NCBI GenBank assembly: GCA_905339165.1 | Contig: CAJPFH010000026.1 | Span: 31,471 to 95,470 of the forward strand | Source: Flavobacteriales bacterium | GTDB taxonomy: Bacteria > Bacteroidota > Bacteroidia > Flavobacteriales_E > Vicingaceae | Length of the DNA stretch: 64,000 nt | Direction: 5' to 3' | Position numbers and translations under genes: made by a program | In this document: one piece after another, positions 51,536 to 62,705 of the stretch | Position numbering within the stretch: the first letter of the stretch is position 1 | How the letters are laid out: each line of letters begins with the position of its first letter | Notes under the pieces: generated by a model | What the model saw: only the letters and a program-made list of their open reading frames with translations | What the model was told of the DNA's origin: nothing | Databases searched by the model: none

Positions 51536-52360
51536 ATGGCTAACAATTTATTAAAAGGAAAAAGAGGTATAATAACCGGTGCACTAGATGAACATTCTAT
51601 TGCATGGAAAGTAGCAGAAAGGGCTCATGAACAAGGGGCTGTTTTTACTTTATCAAATGCTCCTATTGCTATGCGTATGGGTGAAATAAATAAACTGGCA
51701 GAAAAAACAGGCTCGCAAATTATTCCTGCTGATGCTACTAGCCCGGAAGATATAGAGGTACTTTTTAATAAATCGATGGAAATATTGGGCGGAAAAATTG
51801 ACTTTTTTCTTCATTCTATAGGAATGTCTATGAATGTGAGGAAAGGAAATACGTATACCGAATTGAATTACGATTTATTTTATAAAACAATAGATATTTC
51901 AGCTATGTCTCTTCACCGAATGCTCAGTACGGCATATCGCCTTGATGCAATAAACGAAGGGGGGAGTGTATTGGCTCTTACATATATTGCGGCTCAGCGA
52001 ACATATCCTTTTTACAACGATATGTCTGAAGCAAAAGCCATGTTGGAATCTATTGTACGTAGTTTCGGCTATCAGTACGGAAAAGCAAAAAGAGTAAGAG
52101 TAAACTCTGTTTCTCAGTCGCCTACTAAAACAAAAGCAGGGGGCGGAATAAAAGGGTTTAATGATTTTTATAACTATGCCGATGCCTGTTCTCCCTTAGG
52201 AAATGCTAGTGCCGATGATTGTGCCCAGTTTTGCGTAGCAATGTTTTCCGATTTAACCAAGGGGGTAACCATGCAAAATATTTATCACGATGGAGGTTAT
52301 TCTACCACAGGAGCCACTGAGCATGTAATAGAGAAATTTAGCGGAGAAACGCTCTCATAA
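51536..52360 (+). CDS. fabI: enoyl-ACP reductase
   Basis: GKRGIITGALDEHSIAW, catalytic Y/K region YNDMSEAKA. Confidence 0.88.
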   Translation: MANNLLKGKRGIITGALDEHSIAWKVAERAHEQGAVFTLSNAPIAMRMGEINKLAEKTGSQIIPADATSPEDIEVLFNKSMEILGGKIDFFLHSIGMSMNVRKGNTYTELNYDLFYKTIDISAMSLHRMLSTAYRLDAINEGGSVLALTYIAAQRTYPFYNDMSEAKAMLESIVRSFGYQYGKAKRVRVNSVSQSPTKTKAGGGIKGFNDFYNYADACSPLGNASADDCAQFCVAMFSDLTKGVTMQNIYHDGGYSTTGATEHVIEKFSGETLS

Positions 52361-52441
52361 ATTCATTTTTTAGACTTACCCTGTTTATTCTAAAAAATTG
52401 TGTGCGGTTTATTTTATTTAATTTCGTGCCAATAGAATAGC

Positions 52442-54520
52442 ATGAAGCAGTATATAGAGAAACTACGCAACCTGCACGAAGAGGTTTTTAAATTTTTTCT
52501 CTTTTTTATTACACTCATTATTCTGGTGTATCTTTTTCCACACGAAGGAAAATTTAAATACGAATATCAAAAGGGTAAACCTTGGCTGCATGAAACATTG
52601 TATGCTACGTTTGATTTTCCAATTTACAAATCGGATTTAGAAATTGAAACGGAAAAAGAATCATTAAAACAAGAAGCCGACTTCTATTTTATTTTAGATA
52701 ACGAAGTTGGAACTAAAGCTATTTCCTCTTTTCGTAAATCGGTGTTGAGTTTTTTTAAAGATTCTTTAGAAACAGAGATTTCGCTAGAGAAGAAAGAAGA
52801 TTTAATGGAGCACTTAATTTCAGAAGGGGTTGATTGCTTAACAGATATTTATAATACAGGTGTAGTGAATACCGAAGAAATAGAAAAAATCGGTAAACCC
52901 CATATTGTAGTTAGGCGAGGCGATGGTTTTTCTGAAGATGTTGAAATAAAAAAAATATACAGTATTGCTATGGCATATTCGGAAGCTGAAGTAAAGGCTG
53001 CAGATATGCCGGAAAAACTTAAAGCCTTTTTTATACAAAGTATAGAAAAAGAATTAACCTATAATTTACGTTTTGACAAAACGAAAACCGAATTCGAAAT
53101 AAACGAAAAGTTGCAACAGATTTCTCCAACAATCGGGAAAATACAAAAAGGAGAAGTGATTATTTCTACGGGTAATATTATAGATGAGAACAGATTTAAG
53201 TTTTTAGAGTCTTATAAAATAGAGTTTGAAAAAAATATTGGCAAATCAGGTAATATGGCTTCCTTGGTGGGATTAATCTTGCTCATTTCGATAGTGTTAT
53301 TTACTGTTTTCTTATTTCTAAGATTGTTTCGTCCCGATGTATTATCCGACAATTTAAAAATTGCATTTTTATTATTATTAATTGTGCTTTTTGTCTTACT
53401 ATCAAAAGGAATAATGAGGGTAAGTCAGTTACATTTGTACCTGATTCCGTTTTGCATTTTACCACTCATTGTACGCACCTTTTTTGATGCTCGATTGGCT
53501 CAATTTATACACATTTGCACTATTTTGCTAATAGGGTATTTTGCCCCTAATCCGTTTGAGTTTTTTTTATTACAATTTTTGGCAGGAGTAGTTTCTATTT
53601 TTTCTGTTTTGCAGTTACAAAGACGTTCGCAGTTATTTAATACCTCTTTGGTTGTTTTTATTACTTACAGTGTAACCTATTTATCTTTGTTCCTGCTTCA
53701 AGAAGGCTCTATTACCAATATAAGTGGGTTAAACTATGGATGGTTTGCAGGCAGTGCACTATTAACATTATTGGCATACCCTTTAATTTACTTGTTCGAA
53801 AAAGTTTTTGGATTTATTTCTGACGTAACTCTAATGGAGTTAGCCGATACGAATAATACGCTTTTACGAAAACTATCCATGAAAGCACCAGGAACTTTTC
53901 AGCACTCATTACAAGTAGCCAATTTAGCCGAGAGTGTAATAAGAGAAATAGGAGGGGAAGCACTTCTTGTGAGGGTTGGTGCTTTATACCACGATATTGG
54001 CAAAATTGTAGCTCCTCATTACTTTACGGAAAATCAAACGGGGGCATTAAATCCACATTCGGAACTTAGTTACGAAGACAGTGCTAAAATAATTATTAGT
54101 CATATTTCCGATGGAATTGAAATAGCAAAAGAAAATAAGTTGCCTGATCAAATTATAGACTTTATTCGTACGCACCATGGAACTTCCACTGCACGTTATT
54201 TTTTTGCTATGCAAAAAACAAATTTTCCGGAGATAGAGGTAAATGAATTAGACTTTAAATACCCAGGCCCGTTACCCTATTCAAAGGAAACAGCTGTATT
54301 GATGATGGCTGACTCGGTAGAAGCTGCTTCCAGAAGTCTTGAAAAATACGATGAAACTACAATAAGCCATTTTGTAGACCGAATTATAGACCATCAAATA
54401 AAAGAAATGCAGTTTGTAAATTCGCCCATTACTTTTAAGGATATTACCACTGCCAAAAAAATATTCAAAAAGCAGTTAATGAATATTTATCACGTAAGAA
54501 TAGCTTACCCTCAGGTGTAA
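52442..54520 (+). CDS. 7TM receptor with intracellular HD/HDIG hydrolase domain
   Basis: Extracellular N-domain, 7 TM helices, HD motif ALYHDIGK...HHG. Confidence 0.8.
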   Translation: MKQYIEKLRNLHEEVFKFFLFFITLIILVYLFPHEGKFKYEYQKGKPWLHETLYATFDFPIYKSDLEIETEKESLKQEADFYFILDNEVGTKAISSFRKSVLSFFKDSLETEISLEKKEDLMEHLISEGVDCLTDIYNTGVVNTEEIEKIGKPHIVVRRGDGFSEDVEIKKIYSIAMAYSEAEVKAADMPEKLKAFFIQSIEKELTYNLRFDKTKTEFEINEKLQQISPTIGKIQKGEVIISTGNIIDENRFKFLESYKIEFEKNIGKSGNMASLVGLILLISIVLFTVFLFLRLFRPDVLSDNLKIAFLLLLIVLFVLLSKGIMRVSQLHLYLIPFCILPLIVRTFFDARLAQFIHICTILLIGYFAPNPFEFFLLQFLAGVVSIFSVLQLQRRSQLFNTSLVVFITYSVTYLSLFLLQEGSITNISGLNYGWFAGSALLTLLAYPLIYLFEKVFGFISDVTLMELADTNNTLLRKLSMKAPGTFQHSLQVANLAESVIREIGGEALLVRVGALYHDIGKIVAPHYFTENQTGALNPHSELSYEDSAKIIISHISDGIEIAKENKLPDQIIDFIRTHHGTSTARYFFAMQKTNFPEIEVNELDFKYPGPLPYSKETAVLMMADSVEAASRSLEKYDETTISHFVDRIIDHQIKEMQFVNSPITFKDITTAKKIFKKQLMNIYHVRIAYPQV

Positions 54521-54537
54521 AATCAAAAAAAGTAAAT

Positions 54538-55869
54538 TTATTTTTTCTGTCTTGGATCCAACGCATCAGTAAGGCCTTCGCCCACCAAATTATAAATGGT
54601 AACCGTTATAAAGATGGCAAATCCGGGAATAATAGCTAACCACCAGGCCGAAGTGCTTTGCCGGGCAGCCGATAGTAAAGAACCCCATGTAATGGACTCG
54701 GCAGGCACGCCTACACCAATAAATGAAAGGGTCGCTTCAATTAAAATGGCTGCAGCAATTCCAAAAGCAACAGCTACCAATACAGGAGAAAGGGCATTAG
54801 GTATAGCATGTTTTAACATCGTTCGGAATTCTGAAAATCCTAATGCGTTAGCTGCTTCGATGTATTCCAAACTGCGAATTCGCAACAGTTCGGCACGAAT
54901 AAATCGGGCAATGCCTGTCCATGATGTAAAACCAATAATAGCCATTACGGTAAAAACGGAAGGCTTAGAAATTGCGGCAATAGAAATAATCAAGAACAAA
55001 GTGGGAACCGAAAGCATAATTTCTATTAATCGGCTTATCATAATATCTACCGGGATTTTAATTTTTTGGTTTAAGAAGGGTATGTTTTTAAGTGCATAAG
55101 CGATAAGGTTACCCATTGCAAATATGAGAGCAATAACCATGAAACTTATAAATAGTTCTTTTAGAAATAAACCAAAAGAAACTCCAATAGCATCTGCTAA
55201 AATGTAAGAGCGACTCCCAAAACCGTAGTACAATGCAAAAAATAGCGAAACAAGATTTAATAAGATGGAAGCTATTGATAAACGTAAGCGCTCATCGCCA
55301 AAATATCCGGCAAGTGCTCCTAAAAAAATACCAATAAGCGAAGCTATACCCATAGAGATAAGTCCAACCATAACGGCAATTCGAGTTCCATGTATCATAC
55401 CAGAAAAAACATCTCTGCCTAATTCATCGGTACCCATCCAATGCCTCCAAAATTTAGAGGGAACCTCTTGTTCATCAAAAGGTCCTACTGATTGAGCATT
55501 GATAAAATCAATGTTATTAGGTAGATAAGGAACTAAAGGCCAAACAGCCCATTCGAATTTTAAATCTCTCCAAGAAGAAATGTTTTGCATTTCGGTTGGC
55601 CATTCGCTTAGTCCCATATTTACTGCATATTCTTTAAATACAGGGAAATAAATGTTTTTTTTGTAGCTAGCTATAATGGGCTTTTCGTTTGCCAAAAAGT
55701 CGGCAAAAAGGGCTATAAATACTAAAACAAAAATAACTCGCAAAGAATAAACCGCCAATTTGTTTTTATTAAACTGCCGTTTTACGCTTGCCCAATAGCT
55801 TTGATCTTTAGCCATTTCAGCCAAATTAATTTTTTCGGGCTCTATGTTTCTGTTTTCAGTTTCTGGCAT
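54538..55869 (-). CDS. ABC transporter permease (OppC/DppC-like) with N-terminal extension
   Basis: EAA-like permease motif region ALGFSEFRTMLKHAIPNAL. Confidence 0.8.
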   Translation of the reverse strand: MPETENRNIEPEKINLAEMAKDQSYWASVKRQFNKNKLAVYSLRVIFVLVFIALFADFLANEKPIIASYKKNIYFPVFKEYAVNMGLSEWPTEMQNISSWRDLKFEWAVWPLVPYLPNNIDFINAQSVGPFDEQEVPSKFWRHWMGTDELGRDVFSGMIHGTRIAVMVGLISMGIASLIGIFLGALAGYFGDERLRLSIASILLNLVSLFFALYYGFGSRSYILADAIGVSFGLFLKELFISFMVIALIFAMGNLIAYALKNIPFLNQKIKIPVDIMISRLIEIMLSVPTLFLIISIAAISKPSVFTVMAIIGFTSWTGIARFIRAELLRIRSLEYIEAANALGFSEFRTMLKHAIPNALSPVLVAVAFGIAAAILIEATLSFIGVGVPAESITWGSLLSAARQSTSAWWLAIIPGFAIFITVTIYNLVGEGLTDALDPRQKK

Positions 55870-55872
55870 TTA

Positions 55873-57300
55873 TTATTTTTTATTGGAGAACGATATTCTA
55901 GGGTCTACCGCTGCATACATGATATCAGAAACTAATGTTCCTATTAGAGTTAGGATAGAGGTAAACATAAGTACGGTAAAAACAATGGGGTAATTGCGGG
56001 CAAAAATGGCCTCGAGGGTTAATTTGCCCATTCCCGGAATGGAAAAAATAACTTCGATGATAAAGGAACCTGAAATGGCCGCAGGAAAAACACTGGCAAA
56101 TAGGGTAATGATAGGCAGTAGAGAATTTCTGAAGGCATGCTTCCAAACCACATTTTTTTCATCTACGCCTTTTGCTCTAGCAGTTCGTATATAGTCTTGC
56201 CCAATAACATTTAACATACCCCCACGCATTTGGCGAGAGATAAATGCAAACGAGGCATAAGTAACGCAAATGAGGGGTAAAATATAATGATATGCTGTTT
56301 CGAAAAAGCGTTCAATAAAGGGGGCTGTTTCAGGCAAAGTTCCTAAACCAAATGCTGGAAACCAATCAAAAAAATCGCCTCCACAAAAGAAAATAATAAG
56401 CATGGTGGCTATCCAGAAGTTCGGTAAAGAGTACATCACAAACAGCGTGGTGGTAATGCTTTTTTCTGTTTTTGTTCCCTTTTTAACGGCAGAAAGTACG
56501 CCCAAAGGTATGGCTACAAAGTAGGCAATGATAATAGAGAGAGAGCTAAGAATAAAGGTCCATTTGAGAGCATCCCACAATACGGAAGATACAGGCCTTT
56601 TGTCTTGATAAGAAATGCCAAAATCACCTTTTATAAAATTCGAAATCCAATGGTGGTACTGATTATCCGTTCCGTACCAATGTATATAGGGTTTGTATTT
56701 ATTAAATGGATTTTTATTTTCTAGAATTCGCAGTACGGAATTTTTGAGTGCATTAAAAGTTCCCTGAAGTTGGTATTTTAATACTTTATTTTGGGTTAAG
56801 GTAAACTCAAGGTTGTTGAATATGGTGTTAATTTTAAATTCATCGTAGTTATTATAGAGAGTATTGGTTAATTCTTTCAGTTTTCTTAAGTCAACGGCTG
56901 TTTCTTCATTTCTTTTTATGTTGTACAATTGGTTTTCGAACTTTTTAATGAGATGGTAGTAGTTTGAAATATCGGCCCAGTTTCCGTAGGTAAAGGATAA
57001 GCGTTGAAGTGTTTCTCTGTGGGTTTTTTGTGGTATTTTGTAAAGGGTATCGGGTTGTGTAGAATTGGTAATACTAAAATAGAATAGGGGTTTATCAAAG
57101 CCTAGTTTATGTCTTAATTCTTCGTACGATTTTTCGGTGGCTAATTTTTCCGATGCTTGCCCGTCTCCACCCACGCTTTTGTTTAACATTAAGTCTACAG
57201 GGTCGCCAGGGGCATTGATACTAATAACAAAAGTAAGCAGGGATATTGCTATTAGCGTGGGAATAAAAATGAAAACGCGTTTAAGTATATAAATCAGCAT
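55873..57300 (-). CDS. ABC transporter permease (OppB/DppB-like) with about 200-aa periplasmic insertion
   Basis: Permease core with large loop insert between TM1 and TM2. Confidence 0.75.
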   Translation of the reverse strand: MLIYILKRVFIFIPTLIAISLLTFVISINAPGDPVDLMLNKSVGGDGQASEKLATEKSYEELRHKLGFDKPLFYFSITNSTQPDTLYKIPQKTHRETLQRLSFTYGNWADISNYYHLIKKFENQLYNIKRNEETAVDLRKLKELTNTLYNNYDEFKINTIFNNLEFTLTQNKVLKYQLQGTFNALKNSVLRILENKNPFNKYKPYIHWYGTDNQYHHWISNFIKGDFGISYQDKRPVSSVLWDALKWTFILSSLSIIIAYFVAIPLGVLSAVKKGTKTEKSITTTLFVMYSLPNFWIATMLIIFFCGGDFFDWFPAFGLGTLPETAPFIERFFETAYHYILPLICVTYASFAFISRQMRGGMLNVIGQDYIRTARAKGVDEKNVVWKHAFRNSLLPIITLFASVFPAAISGSFIIEVIFSIPGMGKLTLEAIFARNYPIVFTVLMFTSILTLIGTLVSDIMYAAVDPRISFSNKK

Positions 57301-57308
57301 TTCTTTTT

Positions 57309-59072
57309 TTATTCAGCGGTTTCCGTTTCTTTTAGGGTAAATGCGGCCTCTTTGTAGCCTGGTCGCATCAAAGAAGGTTGGGCATTTTCAAACCGTTTGT
57401 GTATAGCTAAACGCTCCTGAGGGTAGTATAAAAAGATATAAGAACACTCATCGTGTAAAATGGATTGAAAGCGAAAATTCATATCTCTCCTTTTTTCCGG
57501 ATCAAGAGTTACTCTTATTGAATCGATAAGTGCATCGGTTATTTCGTTTCCAAATCCGGTGTAGTTAAATCCTCCGTTGTAAGAGCTTGTATGAAAGATT
57601 TGCTTATGGTCAGAAGGTATAGGGGTGTTAATCCAAGCACCAATGTACATTTCAAACTCGTGTTGTTTGGTCTTATCTAAGAAAATGGACCATTCTTGAG
57701 TAATCACATCTACCTTTATTCCGGCTTTTCTGGCTTCTTCCTGAAACAACAAGCAAATGGCTTTTCGAACATCGTTTCCGGAGTTATAAATGAGTTCAAT
57801 GGTAAACGGAACTTTTTTTCCATCAATAGATTTGTCTAAAATACCATCTCCGTCCGAATCTGTCCAGCCCGATTCTGTAAGGAGTTGTTTGGCTTTATCT
57901 ATGTTGTATTCGTAAGGTTTCAGGTTGGGGTTGTATTCATCTTTTTTAGAGGGGTGTACGGGTCCTGCTGCTTTTTCGCCATAACCGTAATTTACCACAT
58001 TTATAATTTTATCTACATCTACGATGTGGGCAAGGGCTTGTCTAGTTTTTTTATCGTTTAGTTTGGGATTACGCACATTGATGCCTAGGTAGGTGTAGGC
58101 AAGTTGTGCCGGGGTGTGCGAGTTAAAGTTTTCGCTGTATTTAGAGGATTTAGGAAGTTCGGAAAAATCTTTGGGTTTAATACCCCTCATTACATCGATG
58201 TTACCCGCTTTTAAGGCAACCAAGGCAGTAGTTTGATCGTTTATGGTTTGGTAAATGATTTTGGGAGCATTGGCATCGAAATAAACATTGGTTCCTTTTA
58301 GTTCATCACCCCACCAGTTGTCTTTTCTTTTCAATACAATTTTTTGCCCGGTAGCCCATTCTTCGAGCAGGTAAGCTCCGGAGCCTTGAATAAATGCTTT
58401 ATCTCTTTGGTATTTTTCGGAATTAAAATCGTTGGCAAATTCAATAATCCTTTCATTTTCGGCTAAATCCGACTGAAGTTCAGAAAGCTGTCTTATGGTA
58501 AATTGTTTCATTATGCCTTTGGGGTCGTATATGGCTTCGGGTAAGGCAGGAATATCCCCGCTCATTACCTCCGAAAGGATGTATACTCCTTTGCAAACAA
58601 AGGTAAATTTTTTGGGATCGTCATCATAAAACTTCATATCAGTAATAAACTCGAAATAGGGTTTATTATTGAGATTATCTACTCTTGGATTTTTTATTAC
58701 TTTCAACGAAAATTCAATATCCTTGGCAGTTATCGGAGAACCATCATCCCAACGGGCTTGTTCGCGTATTCTGTAGGTAATAAATAGCTGGCTGTCTGGG
58801 CTGGTGGTAATTTCGGGGCGGCTTTCGGCTAAAATGGGTACTAGTTCAAGAGTTTTAAAATCTATTCCTAACAAGTTTTGATAAATATTAGTAATAATAT
58901 ATCCGGCTGCTGCATCGCTATAGTTTACGGGGTTTAGCATTTGAGCATCGGATAATTCGTGTACAATAACAATGGGATTTCCGTTGTTTTTTTTCTTATT
59001 TCCTCCGCACGAAGCAGCAATGAATGAGATAACAACAAGAAACGAATAAAACTTTATCTGCCTGATAAACAT
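57309..59072 (-). CDS. ABC transporter substrate-binding protein, family 5 (peptide/nickel type), lipoprotein
   Basis: FLVVISFIAASCGG lipobox, 587 aa SBP_bac_5-like. Confidence 0.8.
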   Translation of the reverse strand: MFIRQIKFYSFLVVISFIAASCGGNKKKNNGNPIVIVHELSDAQMLNPVNYSDAAAGYIITNIYQNLLGIDFKTLELVPILAESRPEITTSPDSQLFITYRIREQARWDDGSPITAKDIEFSLKVIKNPRVDNLNNKPYFEFITDMKFYDDDPKKFTFVCKGVYILSEVMSGDIPALPEAIYDPKGIMKQFTIRQLSELQSDLAENERIIEFANDFNSEKYQRDKAFIQGSGAYLLEEWATGQKIVLKRKDNWWGDELKGTNVYFDANAPKIIYQTINDQTTALVALKAGNIDVMRGIKPKDFSELPKSSKYSENFNSHTPAQLAYTYLGINVRNPKLNDKKTRQALAHIVDVDKIINVVNYGYGEKAAGPVHPSKKDEYNPNLKPYEYNIDKAKQLLTESGWTDSDGDGILDKSIDGKKVPFTIELIYNSGNDVRKAICLLFQEEARKAGIKVDVITQEWSIFLDKTKQHEFEMYIGAWINTPIPSDHKQIFHTSSYNGGFNYTGFGNEITDALIDSIRVTLDPEKRRDMNFRFQSILHDECSYIFLYYPQERLAIHKRFENAQPSLMRPGYKEAAFTLKETETAE

Positions 59073-59274
59073 AGAGATTTATTTTGTGTTAAGAATCTAC
59101 TTTTTTATAAGAGGTGCAAATATAACATTCGCAGATAAAATAAAGCATAAAATTAGATGAAAGATATTTTTTAAATGATAAAATAAAAAATGCCCGTATT
59201 TATAATGGAAATTATTTTTTTTAATATAAATCGGATTGTTACATTTGTGCCCTGTTAAAAAAAACAGCATTTAT

Positions 59275-59364
<90 letters not shown>

Positions 59365-59618
59365 AGCTTAGGCAGAAAAGCAATCATCTTTGTACAATAA
59401 CGATTGTTTTTTTGCAATGCATATTTCCGAATTTGTCGATTTTTTTAAAGGAAAAAAAGTCCGGTTCACTTTTTTTGTATTCTCGTGGAAGTACGAGAGA
59501 TTAGAATATATCTATTTATAAATCTTTTGTTTTTACTCTCAAGCGTTCGCTTATGAGATAGAAATTATGAAATTCGTAAACTTTTGGCATCTTTAGGACT
59601 AAAACATACCATCAAAAC

Positions 59619-60083
59619 ATGCTGCCTCATCACAAAATACTTTTAATTACAGGCGTTATTATCGGCCTCTTTTTTCCAACAAAGTCGTTTTCGCAAGTAG
59701 AAATAAACATTCAGTGCAGCATAAGTTACTCATACTGCGGAGGAGCTTCTCAAAGTAACGAAAGAATAGTATGGTTAAATACGCCTATTGCCACAGATAT
59801 GTGTATTTATCTATATGCAATAGATTCTGGTAATACCAAGCCTGTTTTTGTAGGTTTTGGAAATCGTATTAAGGTAGAACCCGGAAAGTATGTAATTTCT
59901 GTTTTGCCCAATTTAACATTTAACCAAATGAACATGTTACAAACTACTACATTAGCAAAAACAAATGATGAGGCCAATTTGATGTGTATAGAAGTAACAA
60001 ATGATTCAGCACAAATATTTTATTATAATTACCATCATTATTGTTCTTGGCAGTTAGAGCCGAACATAGGTATTCCTAATTAA
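59619..60083 (+). CDS. hypothetical small secreted Cys-containing protein
   Basis: Signal peptide LLITGVIIGLFFPTKSFSQ; no motif recognised. Confidence 0.45.
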   Translation: MLPHHKILLITGVIIGLFFPTKSFSQVEINIQCSISYSYCGGASQSNERIVWLNTPIATDMCIYLYAIDSGNTKPVFVGFGNRIKVEPGKYVISVLPNLTFNQMNMLQTTTLAKTNDEANLMCIEVTNDSAQIFYYNYHHYCSWQLEPNIGIPN

Positions 60084-60180
60084 CTTGTTAAATATTATAT
60101 TGTTTAAACTTGCACATTAAAAAAAAGACACTGTTTTTTTGTTACTCAATTGAATTAAATTAAAGTTTTTATTTATAGCC

Positions 60181-61974
60181 ATGCCTTTCGAAGCAATTAT
60201 TACCATTTGTATTATTTGTACTGCCATAATACTGTTTGCCACCGAAGTAATTTCTATCGATTTGGTGGCCTTGCTCATAATAGTAGCTTTAATTGTTTTT
60301 GGAGTAATTACGCCTGAACAAGGGATAGAGGGTTTTAGCAACAAAGCTACTATTACCGTAGCTTTTATGTTTGTGTTAAGTGCCGCACTTTTAAAAACCG
60401 GAGCATTACAGTATTTAGCTTTTCGTTTATCTAATTTGTTCAGGCATAATTTTACAATGGGAATGGTTTTAATGATGCTGCTGATAGCTTTTATTTCCGC
60501 ATTCATTAATAACACTCCGGTAGTAGCTATTTTTATTCCCGTAATCATACAAATAGCCAATGCATCGGGTCAAAACCCATCAAAAATGCTTATTCCCCTT
60601 TCTTTTGCTTCCATTTTTGGAGGAACTTGTACCCTCATTGGCACTTCAACCAATATATTAGTGAGTGGTATTGCCGAAAAAGAAGGAGAAAAAGCATTTG
60701 CAATGTTTGATATGACGCTTTTAGGTCTTATTTTCTTAGTGTTCGGAATAATGTACATGGTTTTTATGGGAATTAACATATTACCAAACCGAAAAGAAGA
60801 GCCGGATTTGAAATCGAAATTTGGAATGTGGGATTATTTAACCCAAATAGAATTACTTGAAAACTCTGATTCGATTGGGAAATCTATTATGCAATCTGCC
60901 CTTGTAAAAGAATTAGAGATGGATATTATTGAAGTGAGAAGGGGAGTCGACTGTTTTCATTTACCGGCTGGTGATTTTATTTTGCAAGCTCATGATGTAT
61001 TAAAGATTCGCTGTAACGTAGAAAAAATAAAATCGCTTAAGGACAGGGCAAAAATAATGCTCGTTTCACCTATAAAAATTGGAGACGATGATTTAAAAGG
61101 TAAAAACTCCTCTTTAATAGAGTTAGTAATATCTTCTAATTCTGAATTTGACGGAAAAACCCTGAAAGAAGTCGATTTTAGAAGAAGATTTAGAGCCATA
61201 CCCCTAGCCATAAGGCATCGCGAAGAAGTGGTACATGAGGATTTATATGGTGTAAAATTAAAGTCTGGCGATGTCATTTTAGCCGAAGTAAAAAATCACT
61301 ACATCAAAGAATTAAAGAAACAAGAAACCGAACAAGATAATCCTTTTGTTCTTATTTCTGAAAATACCATACAGGATTTTAATCAAAAAAACTTCTACTT
61401 GGTATTAAGTGTTATTTTGGGAATAATAGTATTGGCAACCTTTGAAGTGTTTGACATTATGGCTGGAGCCATAAGCGGGGTCGTGTTATTGGTATTACTA
61501 AAATGTATATCCATGAAAGAAATGTACGAAGCCATAAACTGGAAAATAATTTTTTTAATAGTAGGCTCTTTAAGTTTAGGAGTAGCTATGAAAAATACAG
61601 GCTTAGACCAAGTCATTGCCCAAAATTTGGTAAATCATTTAGGGCAATTTGGCCCCATAGCCATTGTTTCGGGTTTGTATTTGGTAACCTCTTTATTAAC
61701 TGAAATAATGTCGAACAATGCCACGGCCGCTCTACTGGCTCCCATTGCCATAGCTACCGCACACAACTTAAATTTAAGTCCTATGCCATTTTTAATGGCC
61801 ATTACATTTGCTGCTTCGGCTAGTTTTATGACACCGGTTGGCTATCAAACCAACACCATGGTATATAGTGCAGGAGGCTACAAGTTTGCAGATTTTATTA
61901 AAGTGGGTACGGTATTAAACATTTTGTTTTGGATTATTGCTACGGTATTTATTCCATTACTTTTTCCTTTTTAA
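60181..61974 (+). CDS. SLC13/DASS-family anion transporter with two central TrkA-C domains
   Basis: Two transmembrane repeat halves flanking two TrkA_C-like cytoplasmic domains; 597 aa. Confidence 0.8.
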   Translation: MPFEAIITICIICTAIILFATEVISIDLVALLIIVALIVFGVITPEQGIEGFSNKATITVAFMFVLSAALLKTGALQYLAFRLSNLFRHNFTMGMVLMMLLIAFISAFINNTPVVAIFIPVIIQIANASGQNPSKMLIPLSFASIFGGTCTLIGTSTNILVSGIAEKEGEKAFAMFDMTLLGLIFLVFGIMYMVFMGINILPNRKEEPDLKSKFGMWDYLTQIELLENSDSIGKSIMQSALVKELEMDIIEVRRGVDCFHLPAGDFILQAHDVLKIRCNVEKIKSLKDRAKIMLVSPIKIGDDDLKGKNSSLIELVISSNSEFDGKTLKEVDFRRRFRAIPLAIRHREEVVHEDLYGVKLKSGDVILAEVKNHYIKELKKQETEQDNPFVLISENTIQDFNQKNFYLVLSVILGIIVLATFEVFDIMAGAISGVVLLVLLKCISMKEMYEAINWKIIFLIVGSLSLGVAMKNTGLDQVIAQNLVNHLGQFGPIAIVSGLYLVTSLLTEIMSNNATAALLAPIAIATAHNLNLSPMPFLMAITFAASASFMTPVGYQTNTMVYSAGGYKFADFIKVGTVLNILFWIIATVFIPLLFPF

Positions 61975-62207
61975 AAGGGAGAAAGAATATCACCGAAATA
62001 ATTATTGTAACTTCGCAGCAAACATATTCTGCTGTAAACAGAAATTAAAATACAAGGACATACAATCTTATACACTTACCCAGCCCTCTTCTATTAGCAA
62101 CAGAGTTATTTGTTATGTAGCTTTAGAAAGAATATCTATTTTGAAGTTTTCTCATCTTTCGAATCAATATATTTTATAAACGACATCTAAAAACAATTTA
62201 ATTATTT

Positions 62208-62660
62208 ATGGCAAAATCACAGCAGTCTTTCAAGAAAAAAGAAATGGAAAAGCAAAAGCAAAAAAAGAAAGACGAGAAAGCACAACGTAAAGAACAACGT
62301 AAAGCAAGCAATTCCGGAGGTTTAGATAGTATGATTGCATACGTTGATGAATTTGGTAATATTACCGATACCCCACCCGATCCGAACAGAAAAAAAATAG
62401 AAATTAATCCCGATACAATTGCTGTGAGCGTAAGTAGAAGAAGTGCAGAAGATGAGATAGAAGATTTACGAAATGGAGTCGTTACTTTTTTTAACCATGA
62501 AAAAGGATACGGATTCATAAAAGATTTGCAATCACAGCAAAGTATCTTTGTTCATATAAACGATGTTCAAGGAGAGATTACCGAAAAAAGTAAAGTTTCC
62601 TTTCTAAACGGTATGGGAGCAAAAGGGCCTGTAGCATTAAGTGTAAAAGTCATCTCATAG
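62208..62660 (+). CDS. cold-shock domain protein with Lys-rich N-terminal extension
   Basis: C-terminal CSD GVVTFFNHEKGYGFI...IFVHINDV (RNP1/RNP2-like). Confidence 0.8.
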   Translation: MAKSQQSFKKKEMEKQKQKKKDEKAQRKEQRKASNSGGLDSMIAYVDEFGNITDTPPDPNRKKIEINPDTIAVSVSRRSAEDEIEDLRNGVVTFFNHEKGYGFIKDLQSQQSIFVHINDVQGEITEKSKVSFLNGMGAKGPVALSVKVIS

Positions 62661-62705
62661 TATCAAGCAGCTAATTATCCACTTTTGTAAATTGTACTCA
62701 AAAAA

